A stretch of 64,000 nt of DNA from Thermodesulfobacteriota bacterium (GTDB taxonomy: Bacteria > Desulfobacterota > Binatia > Bin18). Positions 38,950 to 48,344 of the stretch are shown here, in pieces. Both the position numbers and the translations under genes were made by a program. Position 1 is the first letter of the stretch, and each line of letters starts with the position of its first letter. Location of the stretch: contig OZ219926.1 in NCBI GenBank assembly GCA_964291405.2, positions 2,592,001 through 2,656,000 of the forward strand, written 5' to 3'. The notes under the pieces were generated by a model. The model saw only the letters and a list, made by a program, of their open reading frames with translations. It made no database searches and was not told the origin of the DNA.

Positions 38950-41664
38950 TTACTCGTGCGTTTCCAACTGCACCTCGATAATCACGAAATTCTGGCTTGC
39001 CTCTTGCCACTCGACCGTCACTATTGTGTTCGGCTCGGGGAAGTCGGGCAGGTCGTACACACCACTCGCGCCCGTCAGGAACGCCTCGCCCAAGGTCGTG
39101 ACGGTAAACGTCGCTCGCCCGAACTCTTCGCCATCGGCCAAGGCTCGCACCGTGTGCTCACCGTCGCCGAGGTCGTTCCAGTTCAGCCGCAGCCCAAAGC
39201 CGGTGTTGCTGTCGTCGCATATCTCTGCCGTATCCGCCCGGTCGGTGCCGTAGGCGGCCTCGAAGATATCCGTGCCGTCGATTTCAATCTCGACCTGCTC
39301 GGCCCCACACACCCAGCCCGACACGAGGCCGAACCCGCTCTGGAACGAGTCGGGGGCGGGATTCTCCAATGTGCCTATCAGATCGCTCAGGACGGGTGGA
39401 TCGTCCTGGGTGGACGGATCATCCATTGGGGGCTCACTCTCGGCGGCGGGCGAGGCTGTGGCAATCGCAAAGTTTTGTGCTGCCTCTTGCCATACGAGCC
39501 GCGTCTGCTGGCCTGTGTCGGGAAAGTCGGGCAGCAGGTAGTCGCCCTGGGCATCTCGCAGGAACTCGACGCCAAACGTAGTCACACGGAAGGTGGCTGA
39601 CCCGAATTCCACTCCATCGGCTAAGGCTCGCACCGTATGCTTGCCGTCGCTTAACCGGTTCCAGTTGAAGACCAGCCCGAAGCCATTATCACGGTCGCCA
39701 CAGGCATCGAGGGTATCCTCCCGGTCGGTGCCATAGGGCGCTGTCACGATGATCTCCCCGTCAAACTCCAGTTCGACCTGCTCGGCTTCGCAGACCCAAC
39801 CTGTCACGAGCCCGATCCCGCTATGAAACTCCTCCATATCCACGGCACCGGCAGTGAAGTTGACCACGAGCGTGTACGGCCCGGTCAAGGTGCCATAGCC
39901 CTGTACCGCAACCGCATACGTGCCGGCGTTGACCGGGACGGTCAGTAGAAAATTGTCTCCATCGCCACCATCATCATCGGAGGCGATTTCCGTGTCGCCC
40001 TGCCAGAGCGTCCCGACGGTATCCAGCGGTCCGTCGGTCGTGATGACCAATGTCCCGGTGTGGGGCACGGCAATCTGAAAGTAATCGACATCATGCGCCG
40101 GGCCAATCTGACCTGGGGTCGATGAGGTCGAACTGACACGCGTTGCCGTGCCTGGCGTATCAGCGTGGGTGTCGGCGGGCGGCGTTAGCGGGGCAACATC
40201 CGGTGTGAACGGCTCGCTCGATACGGTTGGCATCAAACCTCGGTAGCATGGGAGGTCGAGGTAGCAGGAATTGCTTGGATCGCTTGGAACCGATGGCGCG
40301 GCACCCAGCGTGATCCGTACCGGGCCGCCGGTTGGAATGACCGTGAGCGGGGGACTGATGACGCTTCCGGTGGAAACGGTGACAGATGGAGTAGACAGCG
40401 TGGCGCCGATGGCCGACACGGGGACCGTCATATCAAACGGTGCACCAGTCGCGACCTTGACGACGACGCCACCGGCAGGCGTGGAGTTCTCCAGCGTCAT
40501 CGCCACGGGAAAGGGGGCACCAGGGTTGGCGTTGAGCCACACTCGCTGCAGGCGGGCGAGACCGGCAAACACCTTGGGCGGCAGGGCGGTGAGGTGGTTG
40601 CCGCTGAGATCTAAGACCCCCAGGCTGCTCAGGCCGGTGAAGAGCGTCGGTGGAAGGGTGGTGAGCTGATTCGTATCAAGAAACAATCTTGCCAGATTGG
40701 TCAGGTCGGTAAAGACGTCGGGCGAGAGAGCAGTGAGGCGGTTGCGGCTGAGGGACAGGACCCGCAGATTGGTCAGGCCGGTAAAGACATCGGGCGGGAT
40801 GGCGGCGAGGTCGTTTTCGTGGAGATACAAGCTTCCCAGATTGGTCAGGCCGGTAAAGATGTTGGGCGGGAGGGCGGTGAGGTGGTTGTCGTGGAGCAAT
40901 AAGGTCTGCAGATTGGTCAGGCCGGTAAAGATGTCGGGCGGGAGGGCGGTGAGGAAGTTATTCCTGAGCGATAAGGTCTCCAAGCTGGTGAGGTTGGCGA
41001 AGACATCGGGGGGAAGAGTCGTGAATTCGTTGCCAGAGACCACCAAGTACTCCAGATTGGTCAGGCCGGCAAAGATGCCGGACGGGAGGGTGGTGAGGCG
41101 GGTGTCGTTGAGCCACATGGTCTGCAGATTGGTCAGGCCGGCAAAGACGTCGGGCGGGATGGCGGTGAAGTCGTTGTCGTCGAGGTCCAAAACTCTCAAA
41201 TTGGTGAGGTCGGCGAAGACGTTGGGGGAGAGGGTGGCGAGGTCGTTGTGCCACAGGTTCAACTGTCGCAAATTGGTGAGGCCGGCGAAGATGTTGGGGG
41301 GGAGAGCGGTGAGTTCGTTATCGTAGAGATCCAACTGCTCCAAGCTGGTGAGACCGGCAAAGTCATCCGACTGTAATGTTTCTATGCGTTCGGAGCCCAG
41401 ACTCAAAACACTAATACGGCCGAGCTGGTCGGGTGTCACATCGGCGCAGGTCACCCCGCCTCCGACTATAGCGACGAGGGCGTCTCTCACCTGCGGGGTC
41501 CGGTCGCAGACACCGGTCTGCGTCTGTGCCTGAGCCGTGGAAGACAGCACGAACAGGCTGATGGTCAGGAGGAAGAGAAGGCAGGCTCTTCCTATGCTCC
41601 AAAGGTGGCATCCCTGCTTTTGAGGCCCCCGGCCCACATCACTACGCTTGATAGTCATAGCCAT
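38950..41664 (-). CDS. Secreted leucine-rich repeat protein with PPC-like domain and tandem C-terminal domain
   Basis: Signal peptide ending AQA, Cys N-cap (VCDRTPQVRD..C), about 13 24-aa LRRs, HDVDYF PPC-like domain, two copies of a ~125-aa domain. Confidence 0.92.
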   Translation of the reverse strand: MAMTIKRSDVGRGPQKQGCHLWSIGRACLLFLLTISLFVLSSTAQAQTQTGVCDRTPQVRDALVAIVGGGVTCADVTPDQLGRISVLSLGSERIETLQSDDFAGLTSLEQLDLYDNELTALPPNIFAGLTNLRQLNLWHNDLATLSPNVFADLTNLRVLDLDDNDFTAIPPDVFAGLTNLQTMWLNDTRLTTLPSGIFAGLTNLEYLVVSGNEFTTLPPDVFANLTSLETLSLRNNFLTALPPDIFTGLTNLQTLLLHDNHLTALPPNIFTGLTNLGSLYLHENDLAAIPPDVFTGLTNLRVLSLSRNRLTALSPDVFTDLTNLARLFLDTNQLTTLPPTLFTGLSSLGVLDLSGNHLTALPPKVFAGLARLQRVWLNANPGAPFPVAMTLENSTPAGGVVVKVATGAPFDMTVPVSAIGATLSTPSVTVSTGSVISPPLTVIPTGGPVRITLGAAPSVPSDPSNSCYLDLPCYRGLMPTVSSEPFTPDVAPLTPPADTHADTPGTATRVSSTSSTPGQIGPAHDVDYFQIAVPHTGTLVITTDGPLDTVGTLWQGDTEIASDDDGGDGDNFLLTVPVNAGTYAVAVQGYGTLTGPYTLVVNFTAGAVDMEEFHSGIGLVTGWVCEAEQVELEFDGEIIVTAPYGTDREDTLDACGDRDNGFGLVFNWNRLSDGKHTVRALADGVEFGSATFRVTTFGVEFLRDAQGDYLLPDFPDTGQQTRLVWQEAAQNFAIATASPAAESEPPMDDPSTQDDPPVLSDLIGTLENPAPDSFQSGFGLVSGWVCGAEQVEIEIDGTDIFEAAYGTDRADTAEICDDSNTGFGLRLNWNDLGDGEHTVRALADGEEFGRATFTVTTLGEAFLTGASGVYDLPDFPEPNTIVTVEWQEASQNFVIIEVQLETHE
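40520..41430 (-). repeat. 72-bp coding tandem repeats (LRR units)
   Basis: AGATTGGTCAGGCCGGYAAAGA recurs with 72-bp periodicity. Confidence 0.9.
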
Positions 41665-41711
41665 CCTCACTCCTCAGCAGACACAAGATTCAGTTATAGG
41701 GCGCAGAACTA

Positions 41712-42593
41712 TCACACCCCCCGCGCTCGGTCCACAATCGGTGCCACGCGGTCGAGCCATTCGTGTGCTTTTCCATCGGCGATCTCGGTGCCCATCTGTT
41801 GGTTGAACACCACGACGCCGTCCACGCCGGCCTCCTGATAGCGCTTCAGCGTATCAACGGACAGGTTGCCGTTGTCCGGATCGATAATAGGGGTCACCGG
41901 CACGCTGTCGGGGTCACGGCCCGCCTCTGTGGCGAGCTTTCGGAGTTCTTCGATCTCGGCTCCCAGCGCCTGTGGACTCCAGGCCAGTGGAAACCAGCCA
42001 TCGTAGGAACGCGCGACACGTTCCAGGGCTTTGGGACCGTGCGCACCGAGTAAGACCGGCGGGCCGTTTTGCTGGATCGGTTTGGGCTCGCAGCGAACCG
42101 CCGGGAACTGGACCAGTTCCCCGTCATAGCCGGCCTCGGTCTGCGTCCACAGCAGCCGCATGGCCTCGACGGTCTCGCGCAGGCGTCGCCAGCGCAGACG
42201 AAAGGAGATCCCCATGATCTCGGTTTCTTCGCGCAGCCACCCACCGCCAATGCCCAGGATCACCCGGCCGTTGGAATATAAATCAAGGCTGGCCACCACC
42301 TTGGCCGTCATTAACGGGTCGCGTTCGGGCAGCAGACAAATCCCGGTGCCGAGCTTGATACGGTTCGTCACCCCGGCCGCCACGGTCAGCGCAATAAACG
42401 GATCGGCCCAACGATTATAGTGCTCTGGCAGAACGCCATCGTCCGCTCCAGGAAACGGCGTGGTATGCCCAACCGGGATCACCGGGTGTTCAGGAATCCA
42501 TAGGGACGCAAACCCCAGCGCCTCCGCCCTGCGGGCCACCGCGCTCAGGTCTCCGCTCTCCGCCGTCGCTGTCACCAGTACGCCAATGTCCAT
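41712..42593 (-). CDS. LLM-class oxidoreductase, probably F420-dependent (Rv2161c-like)
   Basis: SLWIPEH, DPFIAL, LGTGICL, G.GWLREE, PKPIQ; AAGGAGG RBS. Confidence 0.88.
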   Translation of the reverse strand: MDIGVLVTATAESGDLSAVARRAEALGFASLWIPEHPVIPVGHTTPFPGADDGVLPEHYNRWADPFIALTVAAGVTNRIKLGTGICLLPERDPLMTAKVVASLDLYSNGRVILGIGGGWLREETEIMGISFRLRWRRLRETVEAMRLLWTQTEAGYDGELVQFPAVRCEPKPIQQNGPPVLLGAHGPKALERVARSYDGWFPLAWSPQALGAEIEELRKLATEAGRDPDSVPVTPIIDPDNGNLSVDTLKRYQEAGVDGVVVFNQQMGTEIADGKAHEWLDRVAPIVDRARGV

Positions 42594-42658
42594 GATCCCC
42601 TCCTTAAATAAGATGCGCCTCAAAACACCATATTCCCCACCCCCGGACAAGCCTTTCC

Positions 42659-42688
42659 TTGACAGGGTTCTCACGCTCCAGATAGCTT
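42659..42688 (+). promoter_or_regulatory. Sigma70-type promoter for the MFS gene
   Basis: TTGACA-N18-TAGCTT. Confidence 0.5.
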
Positions 42689-42776
42689 TGCACGCTATGC
42701 AGCGACACGGCCCCTTCGCCCTTTTTATATTCTCTTTCCTGTGTAGCGTTTCCTCTGTAGTGAGGAGCGCGGCCCA

Positions 42777-44060
42777 TTGAGTAGCTCCCCGTCCACACCC
42801 TCAGCAGCGACAATCGAAAAGACCGAGAAGACCCTTTTTGGTTGTTCCCTGCCCTATGCCTTCCGGGCGCTCGGCCACCGGAACTTTCGCCTCTTTTTTG
42901 TCGGTCAGTTTGTCTCCCGGACCGGATTCTGGATGCAGAACATGGCCCAGGCCTGGCTGATCTATCGGCTGACCGAGTCCTCCCTGATGCTCGGGCTGGT
43001 CGCCTTTGCCGGTCAGGTGCCGACCCTCCTGTTCGGGCTGCTGGCCGGGGTCGTTGCCGACCGCTTCAACCGCTACCGGGTCATTCTGATTGCCCTCTGG
43101 CTCGCCATGTTGCAGGCCTTCGTGCTGGGGGTTCTCACTATGAGTGAGTGGATTACCGCCTGGCAGGTCTTTGTCCTCGCCTTGGTTGCCGGCACGATTC
43201 AGGCATTCGAGATGCCCGCCCGACAGAGTTTTCTGATGGAGATCGTGGGTAAAGACGACCTGTCGAGCGCGATTGCCCTCAACTCCACCCTGGTCAACGG
43301 GGCCCGGATTCTCGGTCCGGCCCTGGCCGGGCTGCTGGTTGCCCAGTTTGGCGAGGGCGTATGCTTCACCTTTAACGGCTGCACCTTCCTGGCCATTATC
43401 GGGGGCTTTCTCGCCATGCGGCTCCCCCCCAGAGTGGTTGAGCCGCACCCCGCGCAATCAACCACCACCTTTATTGGGGAAGGTATCCGTTATGCCTTGC
43501 ATACCCCGGCGATCCGGCTGTTGTTGATTCTGGTCAGCATGATCAGCCTGCTCAGCACCCCGTACACTGTGCTGATGCCGATCTTTGCTGGCGATATTTT
43601 AGACAGTGGGCCGAACGGCATGGGGTTGTTAATGGGTTCGGCTGGTGCAGGAGCCGTGGTGGGCGCCCTGCTGATGGCCCGTCACCAGGGCACGGAACAG
43701 CTCGGTCGGGTCATGGCCTTTGCCTTTATTCGGTTTGGCCTTGGCCTCATCCTGTTCTCCCTGTCCCACAACTTCTGGCTGTCCATGCTCGTCCTGCCGC
43801 TTGTCGGCTCCGGCATCATGGTTCCCATGGCCGCCACCAACACCCTGCTTCAGACCTTATCGCCGGACCATCTGCGCGGTCGGATCATGAGCCTGTTCTT
43901 CATCATGTTTATGGGTGCGCCACCCCTGAGCAGTCTATTGGCGGGTTTTCTCGCCCCCATCATCGGTGCCCCGCTGGCGGTCGGCGGCACGGGCGGTTTG
44001 TGTCTGCTCGTGGCGGCCTATGTCTTCCTGAAGCTGCACGTGCTGCTGTTCACGATATAA
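42777..44060 (+). CDS. MFS transporter (MFS_3/DUF894 type)
   Basis: FRAL.HRNFRLFF.GQ, G..ADRFNR motif A, about 12 TM helices; TTG start behind GAGGAG. Confidence 0.92.
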   Translation: MSSSPSTPSAATIEKTEKTLFGCSLPYAFRALGHRNFRLFFVGQFVSRTGFWMQNMAQAWLIYRLTESSLMLGLVAFAGQVPTLLFGLLAGVVADRFNRYRVILIALWLAMLQAFVLGVLTMSEWITAWQVFVLALVAGTIQAFEMPARQSFLMEIVGKDDLSSAIALNSTLVNGARILGPALAGLLVAQFGEGVCFTFNGCTFLAIIGGFLAMRLPPRVVEPHPAQSTTTFIGEGIRYALHTPAIRLLLILVSMISLLSTPYTVLMPIFAGDILDSGPNGMGLLMGSAGAGAVVGALLMARHQGTEQLGRVMAFAFIRFGLGLILFSLSHNFWLSMLVLPLVGSGIMVPMAATNTLLQTLSPDHLRGRIMSLFFIMFMGAPPLSSLLAGFLAPIIGAPLAVGGTGGLCLLVAAYVFLKLHVLLFTI

Positions 44061-44947
44061 ATGCCGACACACACGCCGGCCACGCCAAGCAATTGGACCA
44101 CCCCCATGTGTTCACTCAGCAACAGCCAGCCGAAGAGCACGGCAAACACCGGGGTGAGAAATGTCAGCGAGGCGACGCGCGTGGGGGAATGCCGCTGAAT
44201 CAACCAGGCGTAAGCCACGAACCCGAAGGCCGCGGAAATCGCACTCAAATAAACGATGGAGACGATTACGCGGGTCGAGAGGAGAAACGGCTGATCCGCC
44301 TCAAACATCCAGGAGAAGAGGGTCAGGATGGGCCAGGTGATCCAGGTCTGCCAACACACCAGCGCAACGGGATGAACCCGTCCGGCGACGCGCTTGGTGA
44401 TAATGCCGGAGATACCAATCGTCAGGGCCGAACTGAGAACAATGGCGTCGCCTATAAGCGCATCGCTCAGGCCGCCGCTGAACTTGGCCGAGAAGAGGAC
44501 AACGATACCGCTAAAAGTAACCGCCAGGCCGCAGACCTTGCGGGCCGTCAGGCGGTCTCCAGGCAGGAAGAAGGGCGCCAGCAGGGCAATAAAAATAGGC
44601 TGGGCGCTAAAAAACACGGCCGAGCGGCCTGAGGTCGTAAGCGCCGTCCCTATATAGACCGCCATATTGCCGTAGCAGAACAGCAGACCCAGCAGGCCCA
44701 ATATCTTGAGTTCACTCCAGCCAAAGCGGAGTTGCACCCGCTGATACCAGGCCAGGGCCAGAAGCATGACGGCCGTCACACCGAACCGGAGGGCCGCGGC
44801 CCCAAGGGGCGGCATATCAAAGATCCCGACCTTGATCGCTACGAACGCCCCGCCCCAGATCGCGCTCAGCAGCGCCGTCAGCGCGATCGCAGACAACTCC
44901 AGCGGCCGGTCGTCCGTGTGCGGACTCGGTCCGGAGGACGCGCTCAC
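44018..44947 (-). CDS. DMT/EamA family transporter
   Basis: Two EamA halves (IWG..F..IK, PP......RF; LTPVFAV..G..LL.E); 43-bp convergent overlap with the MFS gene. Confidence 0.9.
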   Translation of the reverse strand: MSASSGPSPHTDDRPLELSAIALTALLSAIWGGAFVAIKVGIFDMPPLGAAALRFGVTAVMLLALAWYQRVQLRFGWSELKILGLLGLLFCYGNMAVYIGTALTTSGRSAVFFSAQPIFIALLAPFFLPGDRLTARKVCGLAVTFSGIVVLFSAKFSGGLSDALIGDAIVLSSALTIGISGIITKRVAGRVHPVALVCWQTWITWPILTLFSWMFEADQPFLLSTRVIVSIVYLSAISAAFGFVAYAWLIQRHSPTRVASLTFLTPVFAVLFGWLLLSEHMGVVQLLGVAGVCVGIYIVNSSTCSFRKT

Positions 44948-45384
44948 GACCGCTCTTCTCGCTCCACAAAATGGATCAGCACGCCGCCGGTGCTCTTGGG
45001 ATGAATAAAGGCGACTTTGGAGCCGCGCGCGCCTGGGCGGCCCTTCTCGTCAAGAACGCGCAAGCCTTTGGCCTTGACCTCCTGAATGGCAGCGTCAATA
45101 TCGTCCACCCGCACAGCAATATGATGAATGCCCTCCCCCCGTTTTGCTATCCAGCGCGAGATGTCGCGCTGATCCGTCACCTTGTCGCCCAACTCCGGCA
45201 GACGGTCCTGCAAAAACTCGAAGTCGGCCTCACCAATCCTGGCAAAGGCAATCCGTAAGCCCTCATACGGATCGGCCTCCTCAAAGTCGTGGATTTCCAG
45301 CCCCAGGATGTCCCCAAAAACGCGGAGATAGGTATCCAGATCTTTTACTGCCACACCAATGTGATCGATTTGACGGATATTCAT
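44944..45384 (-). CDS. mce: Methylmalonyl-CoA epimerase-like VOC protein
   Basis: IDHIGVAV, GEGIHHIA, GARG..VAFIHPK..GGVL. Confidence 0.75.
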   Translation of the reverse strand: MNIRQIDHIGVAVKDLDTYLRVFGDILGLEIHDFEEADPYEGLRIAFARIGEADFEFLQDRLPELGDKVTDQRDISRWIAKRGEGIHHIAVRVDDIDAAIQEVKAKGLRVLDEKGRPGARGSKVAFIHPKSTGGVLIHFVEREERS

Positions 45385-45392
45385 GCGATCTC

Positions 45393-46853
45393 CTAAATGT
45401 CATCGAGGGGAAAGACCGGTCGCCGGATTTTTTCATACGGCAAACGCGCATGCACCTGGGTTGCCCGCCCCGGCGTGTCCACGTCAATAAAGGTACTGGC
45501 GATACCGGCAAAGCCGGCACGGTGCTGTAGCTCGGACTTCACCGCCAGGATTTTCCGTTGGGTCGGTTCAATGCCAAGACTGCGGAAATGGTTGGCCTCA
45601 AAGCCGTGAGTCGGACGCGAGGTCAAAATAACCTCAACTCCGCTGCAATCCATCACTGCCGTTACTCCGCGTCGGTATGTGCCCGCATTAAACGCGGTCG
45701 CTGCGGTATAGACCCCATCCTGAATGACGCGTACCCGGCCACTGATTTCAACAGGTGCTCCGTGGAAGGCGTCCACCTTGCCGCCCACACTGAGGGTGAC
45801 ATTTTTGCCAATACCGGCCCGGACGGCTTCCTGTACGGCCGCCGGATCGGTAATATTTCCGACCACCGCCCTCTGGGCATTTTGTCTGAGCAATTCCGCC
45901 AGCAAGGCGGTTCCATCACCCGGTGTGCCTGCGCCGCCACTGTCGGCCAGGTCCCCAAGCACGACCAAGCCGTCCTCCGCTTCAATGGCCGCTCGCACGC
46001 CCTCCTCCACGGGAACCATGTCGGTGTGAAACGCGTGTCGCTTGGCCCAGCAGGCTTCCTTCATGCGCTCGGCAATGTCGTGCGCCAGGGCTGGCTCGTT
46101 GTTGGTGGTCACCGTCACATTGAGGCCGGTCTCGGGCGTGTCGGCACAAAAGAACCCGCCCAGCAAGGATATATCAAGCACGCGGGGATCACGTCCCAGA
46201 GTAGCCGCCTGCCGCATCAGCGCCTCCATGGGCCAGCCGGGGGCGATATAGAGTTTTTGCAGGGCCGGGGCCATGGCCGGTTGAGCCCAGGCACTGGTCG
46301 GCGTGATATTCCCGTCAAACATGCCGGCCATGACCCGAGCCGCCTGTTCGCCGCCGGGGAAAAAATCATAGTGCGGGTTGGTTTTCACACCAATCAGCAT
46401 ACAGGCCTGCTCGACCATCAGCGGAGTAGTATTGGAATGGCCATCCAAGGTCGCCAGGATGGGTACCTTGTCTCCCAGAAACTCCCGGAGCGTCCTGAGC
46501 AAATCGCCCTCGCAGTCATCGCACTCGTCTGACACGGCCGTGCCGTGCAGTTGGAGAAACACGCCGTCCACCGGAGGATTCTTGCGCAAAAGATCGAGAA
46601 AACCGGCTTTGGCCGCTTCATGCGCTTCCGTCGTCACCTTGCCCCCAACGCCGGGCACTACAAACTGAAGCGGAACAATATCCCAGTGGTACTGCCGGGC
46701 TCCGTGCAGAAAGCCGGCAATCGAGCCCTGAGCGCCGCCCACCCGCAGCACTCGCTCTCCGCTCAGCGTTGCCCGCTGAAACAGATCCAGCCCCATCTTC
46801 TGGGTCGCAAAGGTATTCACGGCGACCAGATATCCACCAACGGCTACCCGCAT
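45393..46853 (-). CDS. M81 family metallopeptidase (MlrC-like)
   Basis: LHG, D.EGDLL, DGHSN, NPHYD, D..D..G.G..GD motifs. Confidence 0.88.
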   Translation of the reverse strand: MRVAVGGYLVAVNTFATQKMGLDLFQRATLSGERVLRVGGAQGSIAGFLHGARQYHWDIVPLQFVVPGVGGKVTTEAHEAAKAGFLDLLRKNPPVDGVFLQLHGTAVSDECDDCEGDLLRTLREFLGDKVPILATLDGHSNTTPLMVEQACMLIGVKTNPHYDFFPGGEQAARVMAGMFDGNITPTSAWAQPAMAPALQKLYIAPGWPMEALMRQAATLGRDPRVLDISLLGGFFCADTPETGLNVTVTTNNEPALAHDIAERMKEACWAKRHAFHTDMVPVEEGVRAAIEAEDGLVVLGDLADSGGAGTPGDGTALLAELLRQNAQRAVVGNITDPAAVQEAVRAGIGKNVTLSVGGKVDAFHGAPVEISGRVRVIQDGVYTAATAFNAGTYRRGVTAVMDCSGVEVILTSRPTHGFEANHFRSLGIEPTQRKILAVKSELQHRAGFAGIASTFIDVDTPGRATQVHARLPYEKIRRPVFPLDDI

Positions 46854-46866
46854 ATATGACCTTCCT

Positions 46867-47238
46867 TTAATTCAACTCTCCCAGCCAGCTCCGAATCTCG
46901 TCCTCGATGCTGGTGATCGAGTTCCACGTCACAAAATCCGGTCGACCCGTCGGGCGTTGGCGTTTGATATAGCGCACCCGGGTGTTGTCTTGCATCAGGT
47001 CGAGCCGAGGGCCGACCGGACAACTCGACATACACGTCGCCTCGCGGACTTCCGTCACCCCTTCGAGCTGCCGTTCAGCCACGAGTTTCTGCACTGCGGC
47101 CAACAGCGTGAGCCCGGTATGGATACCCGGCGCAGTCTCGGCACTGCGGACCTTGACCTCAACCGTTCTGTTCGTACACTTGGTCTTGGTACAGATATGA
47201 ATTTCGAGTTTTCCCACCCGCGTCCCAACTCGTCTCAC
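46867..47238 (-). CDS. Thioredoxin-like [2Fe-2S] ferredoxin domain protein
   Basis: CTKTKC and CMSSCPVGP four-Cys pattern; start uncertain. Confidence 0.7.
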   Translation of the reverse strand: MRRVGTRVGKLEIHICTKTKCTNRTVEVKVRSAETAPGIHTGLTLLAAVQKLVAERQLEGVTEVREATCMSSCPVGPRLDLMQDNTRVRYIKRQRPTGRPDFVTWNSITSIEDEIRSWLGELN

Positions 47239-47336
47239 GCGCTTCTCATGCGTTTTTTGGCTTCGCCTACAAAGACACAGGCACGGCGCAAATACAAGAG
47301 GCGCTGTAGCGAACGCATAGGAAAGGCGGAGTACCT

Positions 47337-48317
47337 ATGAACGATGCACTTGGCAGGCTTGAACGTGTTGACCTGCGTAAAATCTGGCCCGACGAGGCGC
47401 AAGACTTCACGCCGTGGTTGGCGAAGAAAGAAAACCTAGCTCTTCTGGACGAAACCCTAGGACTCGAACTGGAACTGGAAGAGACCGAACAAAGCGTTGG
47501 GGCGTTCAGCGCGGACATCGTATGTCGTGATGCCGCCAGTGAATCCCTGGTTCTTATCGAGAATCAAATCGAACCGACGAATCATACCCACTTAGGGCAG
47601 ACGCTCACCTACGCAGCCGGATTGGACGCCGTCACGATCATTTGGATTGCCTCCAAATTCCGCGACGAGCATCGAGCGATGCTCGACTGGCTGAACGAAA
47701 AGACCGAGGCGCAACTCTCGTTTTTTGCCCTTGAAATCGAACTGTGGAGAATCGGTAATTCTGCGCCGGCCCCCAAGTTCAACATTGTAGCCAGACCGAA
47801 CGATTGGACTGCCCGCATGTCTCGATCTGTACGGCAGGACTCATCCCCAGTCAAATTACAATACGAACGATTCTGGGAGGCGTTAAGCGTCCAGATGCTG
47901 AGCAGCAACCGACCACCGAAGCCGCAGTCACCACGACCACAAAACTGGACGGATTTCGGCATCGGCCGGACGGATTTCGTATTAAGAGCGTCCAGAAGCC
48001 ACCAGAAAGGGCAACTGCAAGTCGTCCTGTGCATGAAAGGGCCAAACTCCCGTGCCCATTTCAAGTTGTTAGAGGAACAACGTGCAACGCTCGAATCGGC
48101 AATCGGAAGCTCTATCGATTGGACTGAACGACCACCAGGCAAAGAGTGTATACTTGCCTTGAGCAAAACGGGCGTTGACCCAACTGACGAAAATGACTGG
48201 GCCGACCAGGTCAATTGGACGCGTGACACGATTCACAGATTCTACGACGTGTTCTATCCAATCATTGAGAAATTGGACGCCTCAGACTGGAATACGGAAC
48301 CCGACGAATCTTCTTGA
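47337..48317 (+). CDS. DUF4268 protein with N-terminal PD-(D/E)XK-like nuclease domain
   Basis: LR..W..EA.DFTPWL, ADIV, IENQ, H.HLGQ.LTYAAG. Confidence 0.85.
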   Translation: MNDALGRLERVDLRKIWPDEAQDFTPWLAKKENLALLDETLGLELELEETEQSVGAFSADIVCRDAASESLVLIENQIEPTNHTHLGQTLTYAAGLDAVTIIWIASKFRDEHRAMLDWLNEKTEAQLSFFALEIELWRIGNSAPAPKFNIVARPNDWTARMSRSVRQDSSPVKLQYERFWEALSVQMLSSNRPPKPQSPRPQNWTDFGIGRTDFVLRASRSHQKGQLQVVLCMKGPNSRAHFKLLEEQRATLESAIGSSIDWTERPPGKECILALSKTGVDPTDENDWADQVNWTRDTIHRFYDVFYPIIEKLDASDWNTEPDESS

Positions 48318-48344
48318 AAACGTAGAAAGAAAAAAGGCAAGCCC

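Noticed and set aside
40520-41430. Possible CRISPR array or DGR template/variable repeats
   Set aside because: The 72-bp period is in-frame LRR coding sequence; no reverse transcriptase in the window and no evident adenine-specific variation
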